Source: Vicugna vicugna (Eukaryota). Taken from it: 64,000 bases of DNA. The stretch covers positions 635,513-699,512 of the forward strand of contig MU057989.1 of assembly GCA_013265495.1 (NCBI GenBank), read 5' to 3'. Positions 51,701 through 63,124 of the stretch are shown one piece after another. The position numbers were made by a program, and so were the translations under genes. The notes under the pieces are model-generated. The model did not search any database. It was not told where the DNA came from and saw nothing but the letters and a program-made list of their open reading frames with translations. How positions within the stretch are numbered: position 1 is the first letter of the stretch; every line of letters starts with the position of its first letter.

Positions 51701-54700
51701 CCTCCGAATCCATCGCCGCAGGCACCTGTTCGCACAGGTGAACGAGCTCACTCACACCAAACCTGCAACAGGAAGAGCATGTGTCATCCCACCCTGTGCC
51801 GGGAGCCCCGGTGCGGGAGGCTCGGAGCGGGAGTCCTCACAGAGAGGACAGCCAGGACTCATCCTGGCCTTTCCCAGCTCCCATGTGAAGGCGGTGCCTG
51901 CGCTCGTGCCCAGCAGCACCCCAGGCCACTCAGTTCTAGAAAGAGACTCATGAGCCTTTCAGGAGGGCTCACTGACCGCAGGCCTGAAGGGGTGCTGGGC
52001 TGAGTGAAGAGCGCAGGGGTGGGTGGTGCTGTGAGCCGGGAGGGCACCCAAAGCACCGTGACTGATGCAAACCAGGACACACCAACGCTGCCCCAGGTCG
52101 GCCCAGGCTGGGGCTGCGCCAGCCTGCCACCTGCCTGATGGCTCTGTGGTCTCATTGGCACATCTGCAACCCCAGGGGCTGAGTCTGTACTCACCAAGAA
52201 CACACCTGACGTGGCCCCGGACAAACGAACAAGGTTTCATTCAAGGGGCCCTAGAGCGTTGTCAGGAGGTAGAAGACCTTTTCTTCTGCTGAGCTACCTG
52301 CCCTCTCTCCTGAGATACTAGCGTGGACAAACCAGGAGGCTGCAAATTCATGGGACCTGGACCAAGCCTTCTATTTGCTTCCATTCTCTGCGACTCGGGA
52401 AAGGTGGCTGTTGTTCAGCTTTGGTGGCGGAACCACCCAAGAGCAGCAGTGTTTGGCGGCTGAGGCTGGGGCCACCCTGGCATCATGCCCAGGGACCTAA
52501 AAGACATGGGACTCTGCAGGGGCCCTCCTCAGCCAGCAGTCAGCTCTCTTGCAAGCATCCATTCTGGCCAGACTTCCAGTCAATACGCCCTGTTCCAGGT
52601 CACCTCTGGGCATAAACCTGGGATTGAAAGGCACAGGAAGGACTCAGCCCTGACCTTCCCATGGGCCATCAACCAGCTAATCCTTGTCAGGTGATGGCAA
52701 AAGCCATGAAGTAAACAGAAAGAACAATCCAGACCTGTGGGCCAGAAAGCTCAGGTCAGGGACCAGCTGCGGAGGCAGGACAGTGTCGGCAGTGTAGAGA
52801 TAACACAGGAACGCGCGGGCGGCCGCAGCGCTGATGTCACTCAGCAGGACACGCTGGGCCCTCACATCACCATCTTCCACAGAGAAGAAGCCCTCACTGT
52901 TCACCTGAAGGAGAAATAAACACAGAAGGTTTATCCACCAGACAGTTGTGACTTGGGGCGAAACAGCCTGGAAGGTCCTGGGAACCTCTGATCTTGTCCC
53001 AGGCTGGGCGTTAGCCAGTGTCACTCTGTCTGCATATTAGGCCATAAAACTTGTCTGTTTTCAAAATCAAATCAGGGATAGATGCTCAGGAACCCGGTCA
53101 GTCCGCTTTCGACAGACATATCAAAGGCACTAGAACATTCTGACGAGACTGACGGCAGTTTCCTGGGCTCCTGCCAATGCGATGTTCAAGTCAAATGCAC
53201 AGAAATGTCGCAGCAGCTCAACCTTAAAGAGGTCAATTATAAGACTTTACCATTATGCAAACAGAGAAAAAGGAAACAATTCTTGGGGGAAAAAAAGGAC
53301 TTTTACTCAATGGAACAAATAATCTAATGTTTCCCAATTCTGAGGTCCCCTCCTCACACCACTTTCTAACTTCAAATGTGTCTTCTCCACAGAGCACAAC
53401 CTTCATGGCAATGGGGGAGAAATGTTCACAGGTGGTGGGAGGAGAGTAGGGGGTGGAGGGGAGGAGGCTGAGCTCATTTGAGGAGGGAGCTAAGGGGGCA
53501 GGAGGACAGAGGGAGAGGCTGGGCAGAGAGGGAAGAGGAGGGGAGGAAGAAATGGGGAGGGAGAGGAGGGGAGGGAGGAGGGCGGGGAGGCTGCGCACTT
53601 ACATACTGCATGAGAAGTGGGCATCGGGCATAAAGCACGAACTTGTGGGCATAAAGCACCTCTCCGCTGTCCATCTGAAACTGGATGTCACTCAGGTGGG
53701 GGTTATTGACCATGGCACTGAAATCAGCAACCAGCAAACTAAGAGAGAGCTGAAATGAGAGGAGAGAGGCCGCTCCACCTGGCGCCCGCCTCGCCTTGCA
53801 GGTGCCCAAAGGAGGGGGTGCAGGTGGCAAGTGGGGCCCTTGTGCAGCTCCCCACAAGGGTCTGATGTCAGACTCCACTTTTAAGTTCCCTTCAGGCACT
53901 CAAAGACACGGAACAGCAAAACCCAGTCCTTTCTCAAATTCTCTGTCACACAGAATCCCTGGCTTAAACGGGAGGTGCAGCCTGTGCAGCTACAAAGCAA
54001 TGACAACTTCACCAGGACACGGTGGCCAGACGGTGTGCAGCCCCGCCAGGAAACCCACCAGCCCAACCTGACGTGACAGATGGGCCCCGAGCCCAAGCAG
54101 CTGAGGGGCCGGCCGTAGGGAGCTCCGCATCCCTTCTCTGACATGTGCCAGGTCTCCAGGGAGACCTTGATGAGACATGCTTGGCTGATACCAATACACT
54201 AACAGGATGATATCCACTCTAATGAAAACCCAGCCTCTAACCCAATTTGTCACCAACACAGAATACAAACCATGGCTGGAGGCCTCCAGGACTGCACAGC
54301 GGAGGGTGCAGTAAGTCCTGAACGAGTGAATGTAGCTTTGAGAGAAAAGGGCACAGAGCTGCCGGCCGGACGAGGCACCCTCACAGAGCAGGGGTGTTCC
54401 CCTGGGCCTGAGGACAGAGAAGGGTCCTGGGGCCGGGTTAGTGAGGTGTTCCCAGGATTCAACAACAAAAGGGACAAAAAGCCTTAAGGGAGTTCCCCAA
54501 CAGGGGGACAGATGGCTCTGGGGAGTGCTCGCTTGGCTCAGCTCAAAGGGGACCAGTGGACTCGTGCAAGGACCTGGTGGCCAGCACTGAGCTGGCCACA
54601 CTGAACACACAACCAGCACTGTGGCCAAGACTACAGAGCCAGGAGCAGGGCCAGACATCCTTACCGAAGCCTGGCGATCCGTCTCCGGGCACTTCTTGGC

Positions 54701-57700
54701 TGGCAGGACAAACCCAGTCAGTGGAAGGCCACCAGGCAGCAAGTCCATTCCTGAGATAAGGATTCACAGGGTAAAAGAACAGCTCCTCCCGGCAACATCA
54801 GCTGCCAGGGAAAGGGCATCGCTGGGCTGGCCGAGGACGGCCCGTCAGAGGCGAACCTTCACCACCACCCCCACCCGAGCAGAGAGGTACACAGGAGTAA
54901 GACACATGAAATCAGCCCACACGACCTTTCAGTCTGGCAAAATGCTGCCCCTGGTCACAGCTGAAGGAACACTGTGACATTCACCAAAATCACATTCACC
55001 TTTGAGGAAAAATGAAAGCACCTACAGAGACTGCATTCTCCCCATCACACAAGGATGAGCCAGGGAAAGTCAGGGGCTAGCGTGTCAGGGCCACAGTTCT
55101 AGGGAGGGGAGGCCCCGAAGGCCAGTGTCTCACCTGGGGCCCCTCCAGAGCCAGCTGAGCCCTGGGTGCAGGGCCATGGGCTGGCGCTCAGCCCCTCTCT
55201 TGCCAGGTCCACGAGGTCCTGCAGGGCCTGATGCTCCCTCTGGCTGGCAGAGGGCAATGGATTCCCAGGGCTGCGGTCCGCAAGGCAGGCACTGTGGACA
55301 GCAGGTGGCGTTTGCACCAGCTCTGGCCTCTCAGGGAGCACCGGTGGTCGTGTGGGCTCCTGAAAGAAGTTGGCATTTTGGGGTGAGTCTGTGGCCACTA
55401 TGGCAGCCACCACACAGAGGGTCCCCAAGGTGCCAGCCCCAGCCCAGAGCAACCCTGGGAAGCTTTTTGCTATTACCAGCTGTCACCATCTGATAGGCTT
55501 CCCTATCACGGCAAAGGCCATGCCCATGGCCTCCATGTCTGCAGAATGGTTCCAGGGACTCCCACCCTCTTAGTGTCTAAATTGCTTCCAGTGGGTGAGT
55601 ACTGAGTCCAGACCACTTACATCAGGCCTGTCTGGTTTCTGGGCCCCATCACAGGCAGATTAGACCAGCCCCTGGGGGCAGGACCTGGGACCCTGCACTT
55701 TAAACAAGCTCTCCAGGAGCATGGTACATTTGGGAACCCAGTGGTCTTCCCCATTCTTACCAGGGGAGCCATCTACTTGCTGCAAAGAGAACATACTGGA
55801 CGACAAGCTATGCTCCTTGGCTTCCTCCTCTCCCCTCCCCTCCTCCTGCTCCGGCTTTCTGCCACCCAGGTGTTGGTATCTGGTGCTGCAGTCCTGGAGC
55901 GGAGCCGCCAACCTCTCCCCCAAGCCCACCCATGTGTGCTGGGAAGGGAGCGCACCTTAGGGGGCAGCTGGGGTGCCATGGGGGGGACCAGGCTGACCGT
56001 GTAGAAGGATTCCAGGGCCCAGGCCCTAGTCAGGGCGCTGCCCTCCCACAGAAAGTTCTGCTTCCCTCCAGGCGGTCGCAGACACCAGCTGCCCTTCTTT
56101 AGCGCCTCCTTTAAAATTCTGCTGGCAGGAAGGGGCGGCGTGCAGGACAGCTCCACCTCCTCTGCAAAGAGCTGGGCCACACGATCCTCTATCTGTCTCC
56201 CTGTGGTCTCCCGGTCCTGGACTAACAGCTGGGGTGGGGAAGCAGGTGCTTTCTTCTTGCGACTCTTCTTCTCTGTGACAAACAGAAGCAGCACAGAGTC
56301 ATCCTCCCATCCTGAGGTCCACTAGTGGCAGCTTCAGCTGCTGCTGTGTGCGGGGCTCCCCCAGAGAACCATTCTCGGCTGCATACCTGCTCCCAGTCCC
56401 ATCCTCTCAGAAAAAGCATTTCCCAGTCTGAGCGCTGCCGGCACAACCTCCTGCTCCATCTCGGACCGGGACAGAGCCATGGCCACCTGCAGGTCCTCAG
56501 ATGACACCTCAGGCTCGGCGACCTTCCGCCTCTTCCGTGGCTCCTTCTTGGTGGTGGCTCCCTTCCGCTTTAGACCTCCAATATGATTGCTGAGGCTTAA
56601 AGGCCAGCCGGGCAGAAAGGTTAATGAGGGCTAGAGGTGTGAGCACCTTCTGTTCTGAGGGGGGTCCCCAATGGACCCGAGAGGACTGGACCTCTCCTCC
56701 TCGGTGGGGGCAAGAAAACAAGGATAAATGTGGACCCGATAGACAGAAGCACCAATGGCTTCTGTGCTCACTCTGTGCCTGACAAAAGCTCGTGTGATCT
56801 AAGGGCCAAAAGTTCAGCGCAGTTCAGACACGGGACGGTCTGGGTCCCTCCGGGTGATGCTGCCCAGCTGGGTTCTTGGCAGACATACAAAGATGACAGT
56901 GGTACCTGCACACCCTAGATGTGGCCAGACCCTCAGCACTCAACGGCTCTGAGTCAGCTCCCTGGATTCTGCTGCCATCAATACCCCAGATGCCCCTTAG
57001 GTGGTCCTGGCCACATTGGCCACGAAAGGATACCTTCCCTCCTGCAGGGGCCCCAGGGCAGCACCTTTGCCCAAGGCCTAAAGGAAGGGCCTCCCAGGTG
57101 AGGCCACCGATGTGCTCAGCTGACTCAGAGGTCGTTTGTGCAGCGTCTCATTTGGGTTGGGGGAGATTTACTTAGAGGATCTTCTGGCTGGAGAGACCCT
57201 AGACTGCCTGGCGAATCCCAACAGGCTGGGGAAGAAGTAGGAGGGCGAGGTGAGCAGAGCAGAGAGCACAGACCCAGGACCACCGTCCCTGCGCCTGCGG
57301 GGCGGGCATGCAGGTGGGCGGGCGCGCCGGGAAGCACCTCTGGCACTCTCCGCTGGGCCAGGGACGGCTCCAGAACATCAGGTCTCCCCTCAGATCTGAG
57401 TGAGCCCTAATTCCCTTCCAGCCTCTCAGGGACCCTGCCTGAGAACCACAGCCTCCAAGAGGGGCAGGAGCCGCCCCTGCTCCTCCTGGCCCTGCTGGCA
57501 GCTGCTGCAGGCTGCAGCAGGCTGCAGCCGGAGCCCAGCAGGCAGGGCCTGGACTGAGGTGCAGGGGTGAGGGGGGTGCTTGGACAGGAGCTCTGACCAC
57601 CCCAGAGTCAAAACACCCCACGGCTGGCCATGGAGCAAGTCCATTTGCTGTGGTTTTCCTACTCTAACAACCTTCCAGAAGGACCCCACGTACATCTTAT

Positions 57701-60700
57701 CTCACTTCTTGGAGGTATTTAAAAAGCAGATACACTTTACCTGGGCAGGCCGTTCCAGTCCAGTTCTGCCAAAGGCCAGCAGTGGCTTAGACACCATCTA
57801 TCCTGAGGCCTTAGGGCTCAATTCTCCAATGCTGGCATTGATGTGCTAACACGTGGACAGCTCGCCAGCTGAGAAGGGACCTCTGCCCACCCGTCTCAGC
57901 AGTGGCCCTGCTCAGATGCCTATCACCTGTGTGCGAGGCCGTGGCCAGAACAGAGCCACTGCTCTCAGCCTTCCCTTTGTTCTTGACTGCTGCCGAAGGA
58001 AAGAAGCCCCAAACCCACAGATGTTCATGGCCCACGCTACTTTGTTCCCTGTAATGTGGGCCTACTATGGTGTCCACGGTGGCAGGCCAACGTGGAGGGA
58101 AGTGACCCACTGCCACCTATTTCTGATTATCAGCAAGGCCTCCTATTTTAAGCATTTAATTCATGCAAAGTAATTTAAAAAAAAAAGACCTATGGTTCTG
58201 TCTCAGCAATTTGTTGAACTGTGCTGAGTAATCTTATATTAACAGTAAAGAAACTGGACCACACTGAGCTGAAGGCCACGCTTGAAATGCACGTGGTAAA
58301 GAGAATTACTGAATTCTTGACAGCTAAGGAATGTGGGGTGGGAAGATCTCAGGAAGGACCTCGTGGAAATGAGTCCAATCCAATTGGTCCTTTCTGCTGA
58401 CACATCATGTGGTCCATTTCAAAGCCTTTGAGGATGGAGATCTGTCTCCTCCTCATTCATTCCCTGCAGAGACTGTGCCCAATTTCCTCCTCAAATGTTT
58501 TATCTCCAGAATAAGAGAGGGCTCTGTTGTCCTCCAAAAGGTTTTTTGAAAATAAAACACATTTTTTTTCTTTTTCACCTGACTCACCTGGGCGCCGGTG
58601 TGCTGCCGGCCCCCTCAGGCTGAGCTGTCTGCAGCCGCACGGCCTGGAGCAGGAGCTGTGGGCCAACCTCCATCTTCACCGCACACTGTTTCAAGTGACT
58701 GATTCTGCTCTTTGGGGTGAGAAATGGCTTGCCACAAATTGGGCAGTCAGGGATTTGAGGTGCAGAAGGTCTCAGTGCCTTTTCAGCCTCATCCAAGCAC
58801 CTGAAGGAAGAGGGTAAGTGTAGAAGAGCCGTCCTCCATGGTAAAGTGGGTCGGAGACGTGGATCCACGTCAGTGTGGACGTGCTGTGGGCCAAAGGTGG
58901 TTCCCCCAAAGCTAATCCCTCCATATGGCCTGCAGTCAGCCTCCAGACACTGCATTTAGATTTCTGTTAGCAAAGGTGTCTGAAGAAAGCAAGGATATAG
59001 TAGAGTCACCATAGGACCCAGCAATTCCACTCCTAAGTATATACCCAAAAAACTGAAAACAGATACTCAAGGAATATGTGAAAAGCATGTTCACAGCAGC
59101 TCTATCCACAAAACCTGAAAGGGGGAGACGACCCAGATGTCCACCAGTGGATGAATGGATAAACAGGATGTGGTCCATCGCACAGTGGAGTATTATCTAA
59201 CCATAAAAAGGAAGAAAGCACTGACACACGCTACCACATGGCTGGACCCTGAAAGCACTCCTGAGCAAAGGAAGCCGACACAAAAGGCCACATACTGTGT
59301 GAGTCCACTTATGTCCAGGACAGGCCAGTCAAGAGACAGAAGGCAGGTTAGTGGCTGTCGGGCTGAGGAAAGAGGGAAATGGGGCGCCTGCTTAATGGGT
59401 CTGGGCTTTACTTTGGGGTGGTGACACTTTCTAAAATTGATTGTGTGATGGCTGTGCAACTCTGTGAATGTAAGTAAAAACGACTGCACTGTTCACTGTA
59501 AACGGGTGAATTGTATGGTATATGAATTATATCCCAGTAAAGCAGTTTCAAAGAAAGCAAGCACAGGCTGGCACCAGCACTGAGGTGCTGCCATCATTTT
59601 GGGTGTCCCAAGATTCCCACCAGGATCTGGACACAGCCACGGGAAAGGCCACCCCGAGGTGACAGCTGCCACTCCTACCGGTTCACGTGCTGCTCCCTTC
59701 GCGTCACGTTCATAGCTGAGAGGTTCTTTTGACAGAGCTGGCAGAAGAACAAGCCCTTCTCCTCCAGGCTGTCGTCACATGTGGATGCCCGTTCCTGCTC
59801 AAACTCCCGCTGGAGGGCCAAGGCCACCTCAGCGTTGCTCTCCATGGCCGGGAGCCCCAGCCGAGACCCTGTGGAGAGGCACAAGGGTCCGTTGAGGACC
59901 AGCTCATCCTCAGACCTCGCAGAGCACAGACACCAGGGGGAGGATGCAGAGACTAGACCTAGCCCTGCTCAGCCTCCTGCGCAGCAGGGAGACTGGACAC
60001 TAAGCGAGGCCTGAAGATCAGTGCTTCTCAAACTTTAACAGGCACAGGAACCCTCAGGAGGATCTCTGAAGTACAGGCCCGCAGGCTGGCACTCTGGAGG
60101 TCTAGGTGGAGCCTGAGAGGCCAGACAGATGTTGCTGGTCCAGGACTATTCTCTGAGCATCATGGTCCTAACGAACTTTCCTTTCATTCCCCATTTCTGC
60201 TAAAGTTGGCAACCCTGGGCATTCCACGTTTGTAAGGCTCCTATCCCAAAAAATCTAAGTTGTCTCTTCCAGGCTCAACCTTTCCTACTGCAGTGACCTT
60301 TCCTTGCCATCCTAGAACCAGGTCAGGGTGAAATGCCATCCTTAGTTAAAAGGCAGAGTCTTTTTCGCAGCATCAGACCAGAGGATGGACCGACTCTAAT
60401 CTTGAGATGGCGCCCAAAGTGGATATTAGGAGCCTCTTGGGGTGGTGCAACACGCAGTGCACGGCACTTCCCTGCAGGAAGGCGTTAAATGACACCATGA
60501 GGAAAGAATCAAACGGACCCAGAAAGTGGGAATTTTAAAAGACAATTGTCTGGACTCTTCAAGAAGTTAGTATCATGAAGAAACAAGGACCAGACAAGGG
60601 GACTGTTCTAGGGTCTAGGCCAAGAATCTGCTGAGCTGCAGCCATACACAGTGAGACAAATCTTTGTTCAGAAAGAAAAAGAAATCAGCTACAGAAGATT

Positions 60701-63124
60701 TCCTTGGGACAACTGGGGAAGTCTGAATTTGAACTGGGTACCAGGCAATATTATGGAATCAGGTATATTTATGGTGTTGTGATTATGTAGGAGAATCTAG
60801 GGGTGAAGCGTCACAATGTCTATAACTGACTTTCAAGTGGTACAGAAGAAACATATTTATAGAATTGTTAAATCTAGATAGAAGGTAGAGAGACTTCATT
60901 GTAATATATTTCTTTGACTTTTTTGAATGGGAAAAATTTTGTAATAAAAAGTCAAAATTAAAAAAAAAAAAAGGAAGGAAGAGGCACCTTGCCAAAGAAG
61001 CTGAGAAATGACCCAAGGGACCCTCTGTTCTTTGGCCAAATACAATGAAGTGGTGAAGGTAGACCGCCAGGCAGAGAGGTGCCCCCAGCAGAGACTCAAT
61101 GAATGCTGGTTCCTGCCTGGCTCTGCTTGTCCAGGGTTAGAACTTATCCCGCTGGGAAGACAGATTCTTCCCGTCATACCGTTCCCCGCCATCATCTCCT
61201 CTTGAGGGCCCTTTGGGACGTTTTCTTCAAGCGCAGCCTCGAGGGAGCATCCTTCGGAAGCATGTTTCAAACGCTCAGGGTCTGCTCTCTTGAACTGCTG
61301 CATCCGCTGTAGGACCAGCTCTGCTGCCCGGGGTTTGGAGGGACTTGGCACCGTCACAGTCAGACAGGAAGGAAGCGGCTGGGAGTTGCTGTCAGGAGCA
61401 GCCTCTGGTGAGGAAGAAAATATTCACATGCATCTATCGTAGCTGGAGAAACAAGACTCTCCCACGGCACAAAGGTTAGACCTCAGGTTAACTGACGGGT
61501 TTAGGTTTACCTCCCAGGTATGAATAGTACTGATTGTCGGTAGCCTCACTGTTTGTGGTAATATAAACACACCTGTCATAAATATCTGTCACAGGAGGCG
61601 GAATGGGGAGTGACTGCTAATGAGCATGGGGTTTATTTTGGGGGTGATGAAAATGTTCTAAAATTAGGTAATGCTGATGGTCGCACAACTCTGAATATAC
61701 TAAAATCACTCAACTGCACACTTTAAAAGGATGAATTTTACAGAACGTGGATTTTATCTCTATAAAGCTGTTACTAAAGAATTATTAATGAAAAACACTT
61801 ATATCTTTTTAGATCAGAAGTTCTCCTTTAACTTGGCATCTGCAGAAGGCCTCCAGGGGAATCCATGAAGCAGTTGTGTGTCAATTTTGCAGGTGTGTAG
61901 GGGTGCAGTTTTCTGGGGGGAAGTCATGCATAGCTTTCACCAGACTCTCAGAGGGAGCAGGAAGGACCAATGATGTTTCCGCCACATCCCTGAAGCCCTA
62001 CAACAGTCTCTGTCACCACCACACTGGGAGGCCATGCTGACCACATAGGTAAAACGTTATTTAAGATCAGGAAGTGAAGGTGAGAAAAATTTAGAAACAG
62101 GACTTGTACGGTATTATATATGCAAGGCTGGCTTTCAGTTCTGCATGAAGAATGTATGCTAAGCATATGGTTTAGTACCCCAGGGGCAGCAGGATAAGAA
62201 ATGTGCTTTAAACAAACAAACAAAAAGAAAAAGAAGAAGAATAAAAGGTGTTTGGAGGAGAAAGGAAGGACCAGAAGATTCTCCTGGGACTCAAACCCAC
62301 ATGGCACCCTTGTACTCCACTCTCAGCAGCCTAACGAAACTGGCTGGCCCAGTGCAACTTATCCACTTTGGAGTGAATTCAAGAAAATGAGAGAAGCAGC
62401 ATTATTTCCATGTTCATGTTACTCGTGTCAACGGCATGATGTAAACATTAATAGCAGAAGACCCCAAGCATATCATATAGAAAATTCATCCTGGGATTCT
62501 ATTTTTTTTAATGACTGTTGTTTAAAACAGGAGTCGGCAAACTCTGGTTGTTGGGCTGGCTGCCTGTTTTTGTAGATGAAGTTTTGCTGAACACAGCCCA
62601 TTCAATTATATATCATCTAGGGAGCTGAGAAGTTTGCAACAGAGACTGTTTGGCCTGCAAAGCCAAAAAAATTTACTAGCTGGTCCTTTTCAGAAAGTTT
62701 TCCAACCCCTGGTTAAAAATAGCACAATTCACCTCTGCTTTTCTCTGTGGGAACATTCTGGCAGTGGTTGTGGCTGGTTACCTGTCTGGGTGCTCCACGT
62801 GCTGTCTTGGAGCACAGCAGAAGCATGCACACCTCCCTCTGCATTCTCCGGGGGAGCTGGTTCACTCTCTGGCCACTTGGGTGCCCTCTGCTTTTGAGGC
62901 CGTGGGGCCTGGCTGCCAGATCGAGTTTTCCTCTCAGCAGGGCCTTGCAGGGTTTTGCTCTTGGAAGCAGCTGGTTTGGTCCTTTTCAGTTTGCTTCTTA
63001 TCTGGGTGCTGTTGGAGGCCTTTTGTGTCTTCCTTTCCCCAGACACTTCCTTGGAGCCATTCTTTTTAACCCTTTGGAAAAAGCTGGCACAGAGTTCCTT
63101 AAAGTCATCGTCTGACTCATCCAT
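45321..63124 (-). CDS. SLX4: SLX4 (BTBD12/FANCP) structure-specific endonuclease scaffold, complete CDS, 14 coding exons, 1782 aa
   Basis: 5349 nt spliced, phases consistent; two UBZ4 fingers (CQLC, CPIC), MLR, BTB (NNPHLSDIQF...AHKFVLYARCP), SIMs (IILLLDSDEE, SIIDVD, VVEVEDSE), SAP, SLX1-binding C-terminus. Confidence 0.97.
46242..46658 (-). CDS. SLX4: SLX4 coding exon (417 nt)
   Basis: FGVRPLPKRQMVLKLKEIFQYTHQTLESDSEDE...SSSQ. Confidence 0.95.
46934..47030 (-). mobile_element. Vic-1-like SINE with perfect 14-bp TSD
   Basis: gggattgaacctgggacctcgtgcatgctaagc...ccactgagctatcccctccc; TSD ggatgtgatagttt at 46920-46933 and 47035-47048. Confidence 0.9.
47378..47480 (-). CDS. SLX4: SLX4 coding exon (103 nt), SAP
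   Basis: KGANRKKNLPPKVPITPMPRYSIMETPVLKKELDR. Confidence 0.96.
48143..48298. mobile_element. MER5A-like element
   Basis: cacctgggaac..gttagaaatgcaaattct...cagaagctctggggt.gggcc. Confidence 0.75.
48625..49185 (-). mobile_element. L1M(B)-type 3' end fragment
   Basis: atttcatataaatggaatcaca...ggttgtttccacctttgggct. Confidence 0.85.
49511..51762 (-). CDS. SLX4: SLX4 large exon (2252 nt)
   Basis: Matches ORF 49503..51755; EAEMEEIYEFAATQRKLL, three SIM-like motifs, SWLVPATP, EPLSPIPID. Confidence 0.97.
52735..52904 (-). CDS. SLX4: SLX4 coding exon (170 nt), BTB
   Basis: VNSEGFFSVEDGDVRAQRVLLSD...YLYTADT...LAHR. Confidence 0.95.
53603..53749 (-). CDS. SLX4: SLX4 coding exon (147 nt), BTB
   Basis: LSLSLLVADFSAMVNNPHLSDIQFQMDSGEVLYAHKFVLYARCPLLMQY. 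Confidence 0.96.
54665..54750 (-). CDS. SLX4: SLX4 coding exon (86 nt)
   Basis: GMDLLPGGLPLTGFVLPAKKCPETDRQAS. Confidence 0.93.
55134..55359 (-). CDS. SLX4: SLX4 coding exon (226 nt)
   Basis: EPTRPPVLPERPE...SASQREHQALQDLVDLAREGLSASPWP. Confidence 0.9.
55956..56272 (-). CDS. SLX4: SLX4 coding exon (317 nt), MLR (XPF-binding region)
   Basis: KKSRKKKAPASPPQLLVQD...NFLWEGSALTRAWALESFYTVSLVPP. Confidence 0.95.
56387..56595 (-). CDS. SLX4: SLX4 coding exon (209 nt)
   Basis: LSNHIGGLKRKGATTKKEPRKRRKV...EDLQVAMALSRSEME...GLGA. Confidence 0.93.
58588..58800 (-). CDS. SLX4: SLX4 coding exon (213 nt), UBZ-2
   Basis: CLDEAEKALRPSAPQIPDCPICGKPFLTPKSRISHLKQCAVKMEVGPQLLLQAVRLQ. Confidence 0.96.
59000..59550 (+). 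mobile_element. L1M(B)-type 3' end fragment
   Basis: gacccagcaattccactcctaagtatatacccaaaa...gtgaattgtatggtatatgaattatat. Confidence 0.85.
59679..59868 (-). CDS. SLX4: SLX4 coding exon (190 nt), UBZ-1
   Basis: ...SLEEKGLFFCQLCQKNLSAMNVTRREQHVNR. Confidence 0.96.
61180..61404 (-). CDS. SLX4: SLX4 coding exon (225 nt)
   Basis: EAAPDSNSQPLPSC...LVLQRMQQFKRADPERL...EEMMAGN. Confidence 0.95.
62528..62711. mobile_element. MER58A-like hAT-Charlie element
   Basis: TIR-like caggagtcggcaaact / agttttccaacccctg; tggcctgcaaagcc..aaaatttacta.ctgg.cc. Confidence 0.8.
62782..63124 (-). CDS. SLX4: SLX4 first coding exon (coding part, 343 nt)
   Basis: MDESDDDFKELCASFFQRVKK...STQT; ATG in strong context (GTGATGG); only the donor CAG|gtaacc with exon end at 62782 keeps frame. 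Confidence 0.85.

Noticed and set aside
53990..54748. 252-aa ORF
   Set aside because: Only the first 28 codons are an SLX4 exon; the rest is intron read-through
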